Source: Acidobacteriota bacterium
GTDB taxonomy: Bacteria > Acidobacteriota > B3-B38 > Guanabaribacteriales > JAGGZT01
Assembly: GCA_021161905.1 (NCBI GenBank)
Contig: JAGGZT010000012.1
Coordinates: forward strand, 17,675 to 81,674
Direction: 5' to 3'
Length of the DNA: 64,000 bases
A program made the position numbers and the translations under genes. The notes under the pieces are model-generated. The model ran no database searches. It was not told the origin of the DNA and worked only from the letters and a program-made list of their open reading frames with translations. Below are positions 29,457-39,241 of the stretch, piece by piece. Numbering within the stretch: position 1 is the first letter of the stretch; each line of letters starts with the position of its first letter.

Positions 29457-29525
29457 GAAACCGAAGATATACTATCTCTCCAGACGGTAGCGGTATTTGA
29501 GAGAAGGGAAATTTCACCTTATAAA

Positions 29526-31319
29526 TTACAAAAAGTTATCTAAGGAAGCGAAATAGGCGATGATCTTCTCTGCCTGTCTCCTCCCTACAATAGGGGCAAG
29601 CTCCTCGAGCGATGCCTCACGCACCCTATCCACGCTGCCGAAATAAGTAAGGAGGTCCTCCATCCTTTTCTTACCTACACCGGGGATCTTCATAAGCTCG
29701 CTCGTTATCGTCCGCTCCCGTCTCTTTCTCCGATGGAAGGTGATGGCAAAACGGTGGGCTTCGTCCCTTATCCGCTGAAGGAGTTTAAGCGAAGGGGAAT
29801 TATCCATAAGCCTGATCGGTTCCTTCTCCTCGAGTTTATAGATCAACTCCTCCTCTTTGGCGAGTCCAATTACCGGAATGAAATCGATATCGAGGGTGGT
29901 TAAGGAGGAGCAAGCAGCGTTCACCTGGCCCCTCCCACCATCGATAAGGATGAGATCGGGAAGCTCTCCTCCCTCTTCAAGCACCCGACGATACCTCCTT
30001 AAAACCACCTCCGCCATCGCCTTATAATCATCAGGCTTGCCTGACGGTTCTATCTTGAAATGACGATATTCCTCCTTCGCCGGCTTTCCTCCGATGAAAA
30101 CAACGAGGGAAGCAACTGTGTCCGCTCCAAAGACGGTGGAGATATCGAACGCCTCTATTCTCCTCGGAAGCTTGGGCAGGGAGAGATCACGCTTCAAATG
30201 GGCGAGCTCCCCTTCTTCCCCTCCTATGCGGTTGGCGAGGGCTATCCGGGCATTTTCGATAGCGAGCTCCATTATCCCCCGCTTCTTCCCCCTTTGAGGG
30301 ACGGTTATCACCACCTTCCCTTCCCTTCTTTCCGAGAGCCACTCCTCAAGGAGCTCCTTTCCCTCCGGCTCTAAGGGGACATAGATCCTCCTCGGTATGA
30401 AGTGCTGCTCCAGGTAATACTGCTCGATCACCGAGGAGAGGAAACGAGCATAATCGGCCATCGGGAGCTCCTCGAAGAAAAACTCCCTCCGCCCAACAAC
30501 CAAACCTCGCCGTACATGGAAAACCTCAAGCGAAAGCATCCCCTCCTGCTCATAGTAGCCGAAGTAATCCTCCTCGTCGAATGAGGTCATTGCCATCCGC
30601 TGGCGTTCCGAGATCCGCTCGATGAGCGCTATCGCATCCCGAAACCGCGCCGCCTTTTCGAACTCGAGGTTGGCTGATGCCCTCTCCATCTTTTCCTTCA
30701 GTTTATCAATGAGTTCCCTATTCTTCCCTCGAAGGAGGAGCTTGACATCCTCCACCGCCTCGGCGTACTCCTCACGGCTAACCAGACCAGCACAAGGGGC
30801 GAGACATCTTTTTATCTGGTAATTGAGGCAGGGTTGATACCTCTTCTTCCCGATCTCCCGATTACACTGCCTTATCATAAAGTAGCGGGAAATTAATTTG
30901 AGCGTTTTCCTCGCCAATCCACCGGGAACATAGGGACCGAAATAAAGCGCTCCATCGTTTCTCACCCGGCGGACGAGCATCACCCGGGGATAATCCTCGT
31001 TCACCGTAAGCTTCAAGTAGGGGTAATTCTTATCGTCTCTAAGGAGTACATTATATCGGGGCTTCTCCTTCTTGATCAGGTTATTCTCCAGGATAAGCGC
31101 TTCGACCTCGCTTCCGGTGACGATGAAATCAATATCGGCGATCTCAGAGGCAAGGGATGCCTGCTTCGGGTCCGCCGGTTGATGGAAATAGGAAGGGACC
31201 CGATTTTTCAAGGATTTCGCCTTCCCGATATAGATGATCTCCCCTCTCTCGTTTTTGAAGAGATAAACGCCTGGCTCTTTAGGAAGGCTCGCCAACTTTG
31301 CCTTTAGCCGGGAGGGCAT
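29526..31319 (-). CDS. uvrC: Excinuclease ABC subunit UvrC
   Basis: GIY-YIG PGVY..IYIGKAK, PRYN.LLRDDK, CLAPC, UVR motif, RIEAFDIS, LIDGG.GQ, RDEAHRFA, HhH; start placed at ATG 31319. Confidence 0.97.
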   Translation of the reverse strand: MPSRLKAKLASLPKEPGVYLFKNERGEIIYIGKAKSLKNRVPSYFHQPADPKQASLASEIADIDFIVTGSEVEALILENNLIKKEKPRYNVLLRDDKNYPYLKLTVNEDYPRVMLVRRVRNDGALYFGPYVPGGLARKTLKLISRYFMIRQCNREIGKKRYQPCLNYQIKRCLAPCAGLVSREEYAEAVEDVKLLLRGKNRELIDKLKEKMERASANLEFEKAARFRDAIALIERISERQRMAMTSFDEEDYFGYYEQEGMLSLEVFHVRRGLVVGRREFFFEELPMADYARFLSSVIEQYYLEQHFIPRRIYVPLEPEGKELLEEWLSERREGKVVITVPQRGKKRGIMELAIENARIALANRIGGEEGELAHLKRDLSLPKLPRRIEAFDISTVFGADTVASLVVFIGGKPAKEEYRHFKIEPSGKPDDYKAMAEVVLRRYRRVLEEGGELPDLILIDGGRGQVNAACSSLTTLDIDFIPVIGLAKEEELIYKLEEKEPIRLMDNSPSLKLLQRIRDEAHRFAITFHRRKRRERTITSELMKIPGVGKKRMEDLLTYFGSVDRVREASLEELAPIVGRRQAEKIIAYFASLDNFL

Positions 31320-31323
31320 CGGT

Positions 31324-33324
31324 TCACCTCTTGGCGGTGAGCTCAAGGTCCCGGAGTTTGAGCTCCTTTATCTGATCGCGGAGCTCTGCTGCCCGCTCAA
31401 ACTCGAGTCTTCTCGCCGCCTCCCTCATCTCCCGTTCCAGTTTCTTTATCAGGTCCCTGCGCTCAGAGGGAGAAAGTGGAAATTCGGTGCCCCGCTCCTC
31501 GAGAGGAACGGTGAAGTAGTCCGCCTCGTAGACGGAGCTTAAGACATCGCGGATGGACTTCTTTATCGTCTCCGGGGTGATACCGTGTTCCTCGTTATAC
31601 CGCCGTTGGAGCTCACGGCGCCTATTGGTCTCGGCGATCGCCTCCTTTATCGCCCCGGTTATTCTATCCGCATAGATCACCACCTGGCCATTCACATTCC
31701 GCGCTGCCCTACCCGCTGTCTGGATAAGAGAAGTGGTGGAACGGAGAAAACCCTCCTTGTCCCCATCGAGGATGGCGACCAACGACACCTCGGGAAGATC
31801 GAGCCCCTCACGAAGCAGGTTTACCCCGATCAAGACATCAAAATCCCCTCGTCTCAGTTCCCTTATTATCTTCACCCGCTCCAAGGTGTCGATCTCCGAA
31901 TGGAGGTATTTGACCTTTATCCCGAGCTCCTGATAATAATCGGTGAGCTCCTCTGCCATCCTCTTGGTGAGGGTGGTGACGAGCACCCGCTCTTCTCTCT
32001 CGATTCTCTCCCTTATCCTTTCAAGTAGATCATCGACCTGGTTCTTAACCGGACGAACGATTATCTCCGGATCCATCAAGCCAGTAGGCCTTATTATCTG
32101 CTCTACCACCTCCCCTCCAGACATCTCGAGCTCAAAAGGACCAGGGGTGGCGGAGACATAGATGACCTGGGTCACCCGCTCCATAAACTCATCGAAGGTG
32201 AGAGGCCGGTTGTCCAAAGCAGAGGGAAGACGGAAGCCGTACTTCACCAAGGTGAGCTTCCGCGAATGGTCCCCCTCGTACATCCCGCGAAGCTGGGGTA
32301 TCGTCTGATGGCTCTCATCAATGAAGATGATGGCGTCCTTGGGGAGGTAATCGAGAAGACAGGGCGGAGGCTCTCCTGGCTTCCTCCCGGTGAGGTGGCG
32401 GGAGTAGTTCTCAATCCCGTGGCAATAGCCTACCGCCTGGATCATCTCGAGATCGTACATCGTCCGCTCGTATATCCGTTGTGCTTCGAGCAGCTTCCCT
32501 TCCTTGAGGAGCTTAGCGTGATATTGATGGAGCTCCTCCTTTATCGAGGCGATCGCCCGGGCGAGCTGTTCTTCCGGGGTAACATAATGGGAATTGGGGT
32601 AGATGGGCAATCGATGATATTCCCTTAATACCCTCCCGGTAAGCGGGTCTATCTGCGATAGCTCAACTACTTCATCACCGAAGAGCTCAATACGGAACCC
32701 ATTTTCATCATATGGGGGAAATACCTCGATAACATCACCGCGAACGCGAAAGGCGCCTCGTTTAAAATCGTAATCGTTCCTCTCATACTGGATACGAACG
32801 AGCTTCCGCAGGATCTCCTCACGGGACATCCTATCCCCCCGCTCAAGCAAAAGGAGCATCCCGTAGTAGGCTTCCGGAGAACCAAGCCCATAGATACAGG
32901 AAACCGAGGCGACGATGATCACATCCCGCCGTTCAAAGAGGGAACGGGTAGCAGAATGCCTCATTCGATCGAGCTCCTCATTTATATCCGCCTCCTTCTC
33001 TATGTAGGTATCGCTCTGGGGGATGTATGCTTCGGGCTGGTAATAGTCGTAGTAGCTCACGAAATACTCCACCGCATTCTCGGGAAAGAAGCTCTTAAAC
33101 TCCTGATAGAGCTGGGCAGCCAGAGTCTTATTATGGGAGATGACCAGCGTCGGGCGGTTCACCTGTTCGATCACCTTAGCCATAGTGAAGGTCTTCCCCG
33201 AGCCGGTAACCCCGAGGAGGACTTGATGCTTCTTCCCCTCATTCAACCCCCTGACCAACGCCTCTATTGCCTTGGGCTGATCCCCCTTAGGGGTAAACTC
33301 GGAGACAAGCTTAAACCGCTCCAT
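31324..33324 (-). CDS. uvrB: Excinuclease ABC subunit UvrB
   Basis: [44 protein letters not shown]-terminal UVR motif. Confidence 0.98.
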   Translation of the reverse strand: MERFKLVSEFTPKGDQPKAIEALVRGLNEGKKHQVLLGVTGSGKTFTMAKVIEQVNRPTLVISHNKTLAAQLYQEFKSFFPENAVEYFVSYYDYYQPEAYIPQSDTYIEKEADINEELDRMRHSATRSLFERRDVIIVASVSCIYGLGSPEAYYGMLLLLERGDRMSREEILRKLVRIQYERNDYDFKRGAFRVRGDVIEVFPPYDENGFRIELFGDEVVELSQIDPLTGRVLREYHRLPIYPNSHYVTPEEQLARAIASIKEELHQYHAKLLKEGKLLEAQRIYERTMYDLEMIQAVGYCHGIENYSRHLTGRKPGEPPPCLLDYLPKDAIIFIDESHQTIPQLRGMYEGDHSRKLTLVKYGFRLPSALDNRPLTFDEFMERVTQVIYVSATPGPFELEMSGGEVVEQIIRPTGLMDPEIIVRPVKNQVDDLLERIRERIEREERVLVTTLTKRMAEELTDYYQELGIKVKYLHSEIDTLERVKIIRELRRGDFDVLIGVNLLREGLDLPEVSLVAILDGDKEGFLRSTTSLIQTAGRAARNVNGQVVIYADRITGAIKEAIAETNRRRELQRRYNEEHGITPETIKKSIRDVLSSVYEADYFTVPLEERGTEFPLSPSERRDLIKKLEREMREAARRLEFERAAELRDQIKELKLRDLELTAKR

Positions 33325-33347
33325 TCTTTCTCCCTCTATTCACTATG

Positions 33348-33376
33348 AATCTACGCTTTTTAAAGAAAAGGGTCAA
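33348..33376 (-). promoter_or_regulatory. Putative uvrBC promoter
   Basis: TTGACC (33376-33371), 17 nt, TAGATT (33353-33348). Confidence 0.55.
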
Positions 33377-33382
33377 GGAGGG

Positions 33383-34762
33383 CTACTCTTCCGTCGGGTT
33401 GAAGGGATGTCCGGAAAGTGCTGCCCGCTTTCCCACCTGCTCGAAGAGCAGAGCAAGGTAAGTAGCGAACTTATGAGCGGCAAATAGTTTATGCTCCATA
33501 CTCTCCGCATTGTTGAAATTCTGCACCATAAGTCGGAAATCGCGCCAATCGCGGTACATCAGATACTTCATCGTGGTCCGCTCAAACCTGTTTATAAAGT
33601 CGAGCAGTTTATTGTATGAGGCTTCGTCCTTCTTCTCCTGAAACTCATCAGTATAGCGGATAAGAGACCAAAGGTCCTCCCTCAATTTGAGGGATTCCTC
33701 TACCCGGGTGATAAAATCGAGGAATATATCCGAGCCTGAGATATCCGGCTCGAAAAGCTGGGCGAAGATGACGATCCATTGCTTGAGATGATTGCTGAGA
33801 ATGCCTCGGCTGTTATCCAGTTTGGTGTATACCACCTCAGGGTCGTTCACCATAGCCAGATCTGACAGCTCAAGATTATACACCTTCCTCAGCTCAAGCT
33901 TCGAGGCAAAGACAAAATTATCCACGGTGCGAGCAAAGGGCTCTATCTCCTCCCCCTTCCCCCCATACTTGGCATCAAGATAGGAAAAGAGGATTTCTGC
34001 CTCAAAGTAGAACAGGGATAGAATGGGGAGCGATAACTTCATCAAATCGAGGTTCCATTCTTCAAGGTGGATGAAGTTCAAATAGCTCAGGAGCCGGAAG
34101 AGCTCGAGAAAGAGCTGAGCCACATCCTGTCTCATCGTAGAAGGAACCGCATTTCGTATTATCCCCTTAATCTTCTTATTCACCACCTGATCGTAATATG
34201 GATTGAACCGGAGATCTTTCAGCTTAAGCAAAAAGGGAAACCGGTTTATATTCTGATTTATCATCCTCCCTAAGGAGGAGAAACTGGGGTATGAGACCCA
34301 CTTCATCCGCATAAAATCGAATACTATCATCCGCAAATTCACTAAAGCATCGAAGAGATCGGAGCATTCATCGGTGAGATAGGGAAATGTCTCCGATAGC
34401 TTTACCATAGGCGGGGTATGTTCCGCTATAAGCCGTTCTATATATTGCTTGAACTGAGCAATATTCCACTGTTCCTTCCCTAAAATGATGATCAACAGAT
34501 TGGTGATCCGGACAAGGAGGTTGCTTAGGATCTTAACCTCCCCGGCATAGTTCCGGGTGAACGGCTCCTTTGATTCTGCAGCAAAAAGGGCGAGGTACTC
34601 ATCCCGGGTAAAGCTCTCTAAGCTCTTCACCCACATAGAGAGCTCGAAGATGGGCCTTCTCTTCTCCGGTTTCTCCCTTGCTATTTTAAGTAGATCTACC
34701 GATGGGGAAAACCGGGCTTTACCACCTTTTTTGCCCTTTCCTTTCTCCATTTCAACCGCCAA
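33383..34762 (-). CDS. Hypothetical protein, 459 aa, predicted mostly alpha-helical and cytoplasmic
   Basis: Long ORF with host-like codon usage, co-oriented with its neighbours; overlaps the mltG 3' end; likely start ATG 34750; no motif recognised. Confidence 0.8.
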   Translation of the reverse strand: MAVEMEKGKGKKGGKARFSPSVDLLKIAREKPEKRRPIFELSMWVKSLESFTRDEYLALFAAESKEPFTRNYAGEVKILSNLLVRITNLLIIILGKEQWNIAQFKQYIERLIAEHTPPMVKLSETFPYLTDECSDLFDALVNLRMIVFDFMRMKWVSYPSFSSLGRMINQNINRFPFLLKLKDLRFNPYYDQVVNKKIKGIIRNAVPSTMRQDVAQLFLELFRLLSYLNFIHLEEWNLDLMKLSLPILSLFYFEAEILFSYLDAKYGGKGEEIEPFARTVDNFVFASKLELRKVYNLELSDLAMVNDPEVVYTKLDNSRGILSNHLKQWIVIFAQLFEPDISGSDIFLDFITRVEESLKLREDLWSLIRYTDEFQEKKDEASYNKLLDFINRFERTTMKYLMYRDWRDFRLMVQNFNNAESMEHKLFAAHKFATYLALLFEQVGKRAALSGHPFNPTEE

Positions 34763-35742
34763 TATAGTTTCTGGTATTTATACACCGCCCGATTATGCTC
34801 GGCAAGCGTTCTCGAAAAGTAATGCCTTCCGTTATTCATCGAGACGAAATAGAGATAGGGGACATCCGCCGGATAAAGGGCGGCGATGATGGAATCCTTC
34901 CCCGGGTTTGCCACTGGTCCTGGGGGGAGCCCTGGATGAATATAGGTGTTATAGGGGGATTCGAACCTGAGGTCTCTCCTTCTTATATTACCATCATACC
35001 TTCCGGCGAGCTTCAGAGCGTAGATCAGGGTGGGATCGCATTGAAGGAGCATCCCCCGCTTAAGCCGACGATGAAAGACCGCCGAGATCAAGGGACGCTC
35101 ATCGGGAGTCGAGGTTTCCTTCTCGATAAGGGAAGCAAGCGTTATCAGCTGATGAATGGAAAGACCAAGCTCTTTTGCCCGCTTTTTCAGCTCTGGCGTT
35201 AGAACTCGCTTAAGATTTTCTACCATAAGGCGAATAATCTCTCGTGGTGGGGTCCCATGGGAAAGCTGATAGGTATCGGGAAAGAGATACCCCTCCACCG
35301 TCTTCGCCCCGGGAGCAAGATCGGCGATGGGCTTAGTATCCCGACAGGCAGAGAGGAACTCCGAGGCGGGGAAAAATCCCTTCTCCTCAAAGATGCGAGC
35401 GATCTCGAAGATATCCTTCCCCTCAGGGATAGTTACCTGACGGAGATAAACCTTGCCCCTCATCAGTTTCTCGTAGATATCGATAAGGCTACTCCCCCTG
35501 CTTATGAAATACTCGCCCGCCTTGATCCCTTTCTCTCTCCCACCAGCACGGAGGAGAAATTTGAAGAAAACAGGGTGAAGAATGAACCCCTTCTCATAAA
35601 GAAGGAGGGAGACTTTCTCTCCGGAAGAGCCGTAAGGGATAAAAAGGAAACCCTCTTTATCAATTGGATGGTTGTAAATATAAACAGCCCCTCCTCTTGC
35701 CAAAAAATAAACAATAAACGCTATAAGCCAAACCTTTCTCAC
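34696..35742 (-). CDS. mltG: Endolytic transglycosylase MltG
   Basis: N-terminal TM, IKAGEY, TIPEG, EGYLFPDTY, ASLIEKET, LQCDPT, SPYNTY, GLPPGP, YLYFV. Confidence 0.95.
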   Translation of the reverse strand: MRKVWLIAFIVYFLARGGAVYIYNHPIDKEGFLFIPYGSSGEKVSLLLYEKGFILHPVFFKFLLRAGGREKGIKAGEYFISRGSSLIDIYEKLMRGKVYLRQVTIPEGKDIFEIARIFEEKGFFPASEFLSACRDTKPIADLAPGAKTVEGYLFPDTYQLSHGTPPREIIRLMVENLKRVLTPELKKRAKELGLSIHQLITLASLIEKETSTPDERPLISAVFHRRLKRGMLLQCDPTLIYALKLAGRYDGNIRRRDLRFESPYNTYIHPGLPPGPVANPGKDSIIAALYPADVPYLYFVSMNNGRHYFSRTLAEHNRAVYKYQKLYWRLKWRKERAKKVVKPGFPHR

Positions 35743-36176
35743 CCCTCCTCCTTTGCTCTTAGATATTCGAGATACCCCTTAAGGATGATCACCGCCGCCA
35801 ACTTGTCGATCACCTTTCGCCTCTTCTCTCTCCTCAACCCTCCATCTATCAACACCCTCTCCGCCTCCACCGTGGTGAGCCGTTCATCCCAGGGAACAAC
35901 CTTTATTTTGAGCGCCTTCTTCAGCTTCTCAATAACCTCTTTAATTTCCTCTGCCTTCCTTCCCAGAGTACCGTCCATCCTTCTGGGAAACCCTACCACC
36001 AGTTTGGATATCCCATATTCCTCGATGAGTGCGGAAAGCCTCCTCACATCCTCCCGCCAATTCTTCCGCTCAATGGTGGCTATCCCCTGGGCGGTGATAC
36101 CAAGCTCATCGCTTACAGCAACCCCGATCCTCTTCTCCCCGATATCGAGACCCATTATCCTTTTTCTCTCGGTCAC
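35739..36176 (-). CDS. ruvX: Holliday junction resolvase-like RuvX/YqgF
   Basis: GLDIGEKRIGVAVSD, VVGFP, WDERLTT, IDKLAA. Confidence 0.95.
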   Translation of the reverse strand: MTERKRIMGLDIGEKRIGVAVSDELGITAQGIATIERKNWREDVRRLSALIEEYGISKLVVGFPRRMDGTLGRKAEEIKEVIEKLKKALKIKVVPWDERLTTVEAERVLIDGGLRREKRRKVIDKLAAVIILKGYLEYLRAKEEG

Positions 36177-36619
36177 ATAAACTCCTTATATTGGGAGAGC
36201 TTTTCCTTTGGAGGAAGCTGTTCCACCTCCACCGAAATGCCTATTGCCCGAGGATCAGCCGGAGTGTACTTTAGGAGTTCGGTCTTTCCGATACCAGGAT
36301 CGAGATCGGAGACATCCACCGTTATCCTTCCCTCGGCTATCGGCTTCTCATCCTTATCGTATTGAACAAGCTTCAGGGTCAAATAGTTCAGCTTCTTCCG
36401 GGAGTTATTCACTATATGGAGGTTGAGAAGAATCTCCCCTTCCTCTCGCTTAATAATACAGTTAGTCACCTCCACCTTGAACTGGTTCCTGGTGTTTATG
36501 ATGCTCAGCTCCTTCTCGCTGTATCCGTAAGGGTTTTTCTCCTTCCTCTTCTCTTTGGAACAAGCGGGAAGGAGAAACACCAAAAAAATCAGTCCAATTA
36601 AAATAGCCCTTCTTCGCAT
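36173..36619 (-). CDS. Putative lipoprotein (beta-sandwich, FxLYD-like)
   Basis: MRRR plus hydrophobic stretch and lipobox LPAC; LHIVNNS, LKLVQYDKD, DLDPG; 4-nt overlap with ruvX. Confidence 0.7.
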   Translation of the reverse strand: MRRRAILIGLIFLVFLLPACSKEKRKEKNPYGYSEKELSIINTRNQFKVEVTNCIIKREEGEILLNLHIVNNSRKKLNYLTLKLVQYDKDEKPIAEGRITVDVSDLDPGIGKTELLKYTPADPRAIGISVEVEQLPPKEKLSQYKEFM

Positions 36620-36767
36620 CTTCCTCCTCTTAAAATCTCCATTTTTTAAATTTTACCATACCTTTCGACCTCCCTCAACCGTTTTGGTTTAGCTCCCTCA
36701 CTCATTAAAATTTTAGAGATGAAGACGAAGGATGGTATAATCTCCTCGCATAAATAGTTCGCTGAAG

Positions 36768-38003
36768 ATGAAGAAAAAGGGAAAGATCGCTATTACTATC
36801 GCTGGCATCGTTCTCTTTGCCCTGCTTGGCGGCTATACCTATCTCCGGGCAAAGGAAGGAAGCTCTGACTTCGCCATCCAGTACCGCATCGCTTCCGCCC
36901 TCTTTGCCGGGGAAAACCCTTATACCAAGTTCTTGAACAATCGCTACCCGGTCTTCTTATTCCTCTTAATTGCCCCCCTCAGCAGATTGTCCCTCCCCAC
37001 TGCGGTCATAATCTGGTATCTCTTGAACCTTGCTCTCTTCGGCTGGTCATATTACCTCCTCATAAACTCGCTTCCACAAGAAACGCCAGGAGGAAAACCT
37101 ATATGGAAGATCCTCCCGTTGATCCTCATATTGGGGATATTGGCGGACAATCTATATCTGGGACAGATGAACATCCTCCTTCTCTTTCTCATCGGGCTAA
37201 CCTTGCTCCTCCATCAAAGGGGAAAAGAGTTCGCAGCCGGCTTTACTCTTGCCCTGGGGATAGCATTAAAGCTCACTCCCCTTCTTCTCCTTCTCTATTT
37301 CATCTATCGGCGAAGGGTCAAACTGACCCTGGCTACCATAATAAGCCTTATCATCCTCCTATCCCTGCTTCCCATTCCCTTCCTCGGCTGGGAGCGGAAT
37401 TTCGAACTCCTCTCTTCCTTCTATCAACAGGTGATAAAACCGACCGTAAGCGGCGGGATCGGATATTCGATAGGTGCCTACCGCCATACCAATCAATCGC
37501 TTGCTGCCTTCCTCTTCCGCTTGCTTGCCAGAACACCGGCTGACACCATCTCAGGGAAAACCGTTTACGCCAACATCGCCGATCTCAGCGAGGAGACAAT
37601 CTCCCTAATAATAAAGATAGCTGACCTGATAATTATCGCCCTGCTCGCCATCTTCCTCCGCCAGCGCACCAGCTTGAAAGAGGGCGCTTTCATCCCCTTC
37701 TTTGAGTACTCCTTAATCGTGATGGCGATGCTCCTTATCTCTCCCATCTCCTGGATCAGCCATTTTATCCTCCTCACCATCCCCTATATCGTAGGTAGCT
37801 GGTATGCTCTCAAGCTGAAGGGAAGGATGGGGAGCCTCATCCTTTCTTCCCTTTTTACCTGCTTTCTTTTATCCTCGCTCGGGGTAAGCCGAAGGCTTCA
37901 GTCCTACTCCCCACTCTTTTTGGGGACGATTATCCTCTTCTCCTCCTTCCTCTTTGTGCTGATAAGGGAAAGAAAGCTTCAATCTGAGGAGCAAGCTCGA
38001 TAG
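36768..38003 (+). CDS. GT87/DUF2029-like polytopic membrane glycosyltransferase (GT-C fold)
   Basis: SDF after TM1, YP, GQMN, LKLTP, NQS, SPISW.SH motifs; many TM segments; TGG-TATAAT upstream at 36733-36741. Confidence 0.75.
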   Translation: MKKKGKIAITIAGIVLFALLGGYTYLRAKEGSSDFAIQYRIASALFAGENPYTKFLNNRYPVFLFLLIAPLSRLSLPTAVIIWYLLNLALFGWSYYLLINSLPQETPGGKPIWKILPLILILGILADNLYLGQMNILLLFLIGLTLLLHQRGKEFAAGFTLALGIALKLTPLLLLLYFIYRRRVKLTLATIISLIILLSLLPIPFLGWERNFELLSSFYQQVIKPTVSGGIGYSIGAYRHTNQSLAAFLFRLLARTPADTISGKTVYANIADLSEETISLIIKIADLIIIALLAIFLRQRTSLKEGAFIPFFEYSLIVMAMLLISPISWISHFILLTIPYIVGSWYALKLKGRMGSLILSSLFTCFLLSSLGVSRRLQSYSPLFLGTIILFSSFLFVLIRERKLQSEEQAR

Positions 38004-39130
38004 GTTTTCTCCGCCTCCCTAAGAGCCTTCTCCCCATCGACGGAAACGCCAAGCTGGGAAAGAATGAGGGAAAGAGCCTTTATAAGTTCAAAGGTGTCGG
38101 AAAAGGAGAGGTAGCCCATATGTCCCACCCGGAAGATCTTGCCTGCAAGCTCTTCCTGCCCTCTTGCCACGACAAAGCCGAACTCCCGATCAAGCAGGGA
38201 AACCACCTGGTCGGGATCTACCCTCGGCGGTGGTACTACCGCAGTAAGGGCGTTGCTCGGGGCTTCTTTAGCCAATGGAGAGAGGAAAAGATGAGGAAGC
38301 GCCGATCTGAAGGAGGCGGAAAGACGGGCTCGCTCTTCGATCATCCGATCAAGCCCCACCTCCTCGAGGATGTAGGAAAGCGCCCGGTCGAGGTGAAAGA
38401 TGAGGGAGCTTGCTGGGGTGAAAGGGGTGAAACCCCTTTGAATGAGGGAGCGCGCCCTTTCGAGATCGAAGTAGTACCGGGGGAGCTTTCCTCGTTTAAC
38501 CCGCTCCCAAGCTCGTGATGATAAAGAAATAAAAGAAAGACCGGGATAGCCCATAAAACCCTTCTGAGAACAGCCGATAACCACATCGAGCCCCCACTCG
38601 TCCATCCTCATAGGATGGAGGGCGAGCGAGGAAATGGCATCGACCACGAGAAGCACATCGGGAAAATGGGAAACCACATCCGCCACCATCCGGGGATCGG
38701 TATAGGCACCGGTGGCGGTCTCCACCGCGGCAAAGAGAACCCCTGAGATATCCCGTTCAGCCTCAAGCCTCTCTCTCAGCTCCTCAGGGGATACTGCCGC
38801 TCCCCGCGGAAGGGAAATGACGCTCACCTCAAGCCCGAAGACCCTCGCTAACTCCGCCCATCTTCTTCCAAACTTCCCGGAATCGATCACCAATACCCTC
38901 TCCCCGGGAGAAAAAAGGTTGACCACCACCGCCTCCATCGCCCCGGTACCAGAAGAGGTGAGGATGAACACCGGCTCCTTGGTTCCGAAGACCAGCTTGA
39001 GCTTCTCCTCGACCGAGGAGAGAAGCTTCCTAAAATCGCTCGTACGATGATGAAAAAGATCAATCCGGGAAAGAGGATAAGGCTCTACTGGGCCAGGGGT
39101 AAACAACTTTCTTCTTTCTTCTGCTCCCAT
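37979..39130 (-). CDS. Class V PLP aminotransferase (alanine-glyoxylate/serine-pyruvate family)
   Basis: LFTPGP, SSGTGAME, ETATG, VDAISS, SQKG PLP lysine, TPFTP, FRVGHMG; start placed at ATG 39130. Confidence 0.88.
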   Translation of the reverse strand: MGAEERRKLFTPGPVEPYPLSRIDLFHHRTSDFRKLLSSVEEKLKLVFGTKEPVFILTSSGTGAMEAVVVNLFSPGERVLVIDSGKFGRRWAELARVFGLEVSVISLPRGAAVSPEELRERLEAERDISGVLFAAVETATGAYTDPRMVADVVSHFPDVLLVVDAISSLALHPMRMDEWGLDVVIGCSQKGFMGYPGLSFISLSSRAWERVKRGKLPRYYFDLERARSLIQRGFTPFTPASSLIFHLDRALSYILEEVGLDRMIEERARLSASFRSALPHLFLSPLAKEAPSNALTAVVPPPRVDPDQVVSLLDREFGFVVARGQEELAGKIFRVGHMGYLSFSDTFELIKALSLILSQLGVSVDGEKALREAEKTYRACSSD

Positions 39131-39241
39131 TCCAAGAAAAATAATAGCATAGATGGAAAGCACCTTTAAAATAAAAAAGGACTGCCATTTGAGTTAATAT
39201 TCGTGTATAATTTTTTTAAATAAAAATTAAAGGAGGTCCTT

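Noticed and set aside
27790-29520. Possible mobile element or prophage remnant
   Set aside because: No transposase, integrase, terminal repeat, target duplication or tRNA found; kept only as an atypical cassette
35257-36180. Plus-strand 307-aa ORF
   Set aside because: Lies antisense to ruvX and mltG, with no recognisable motifs
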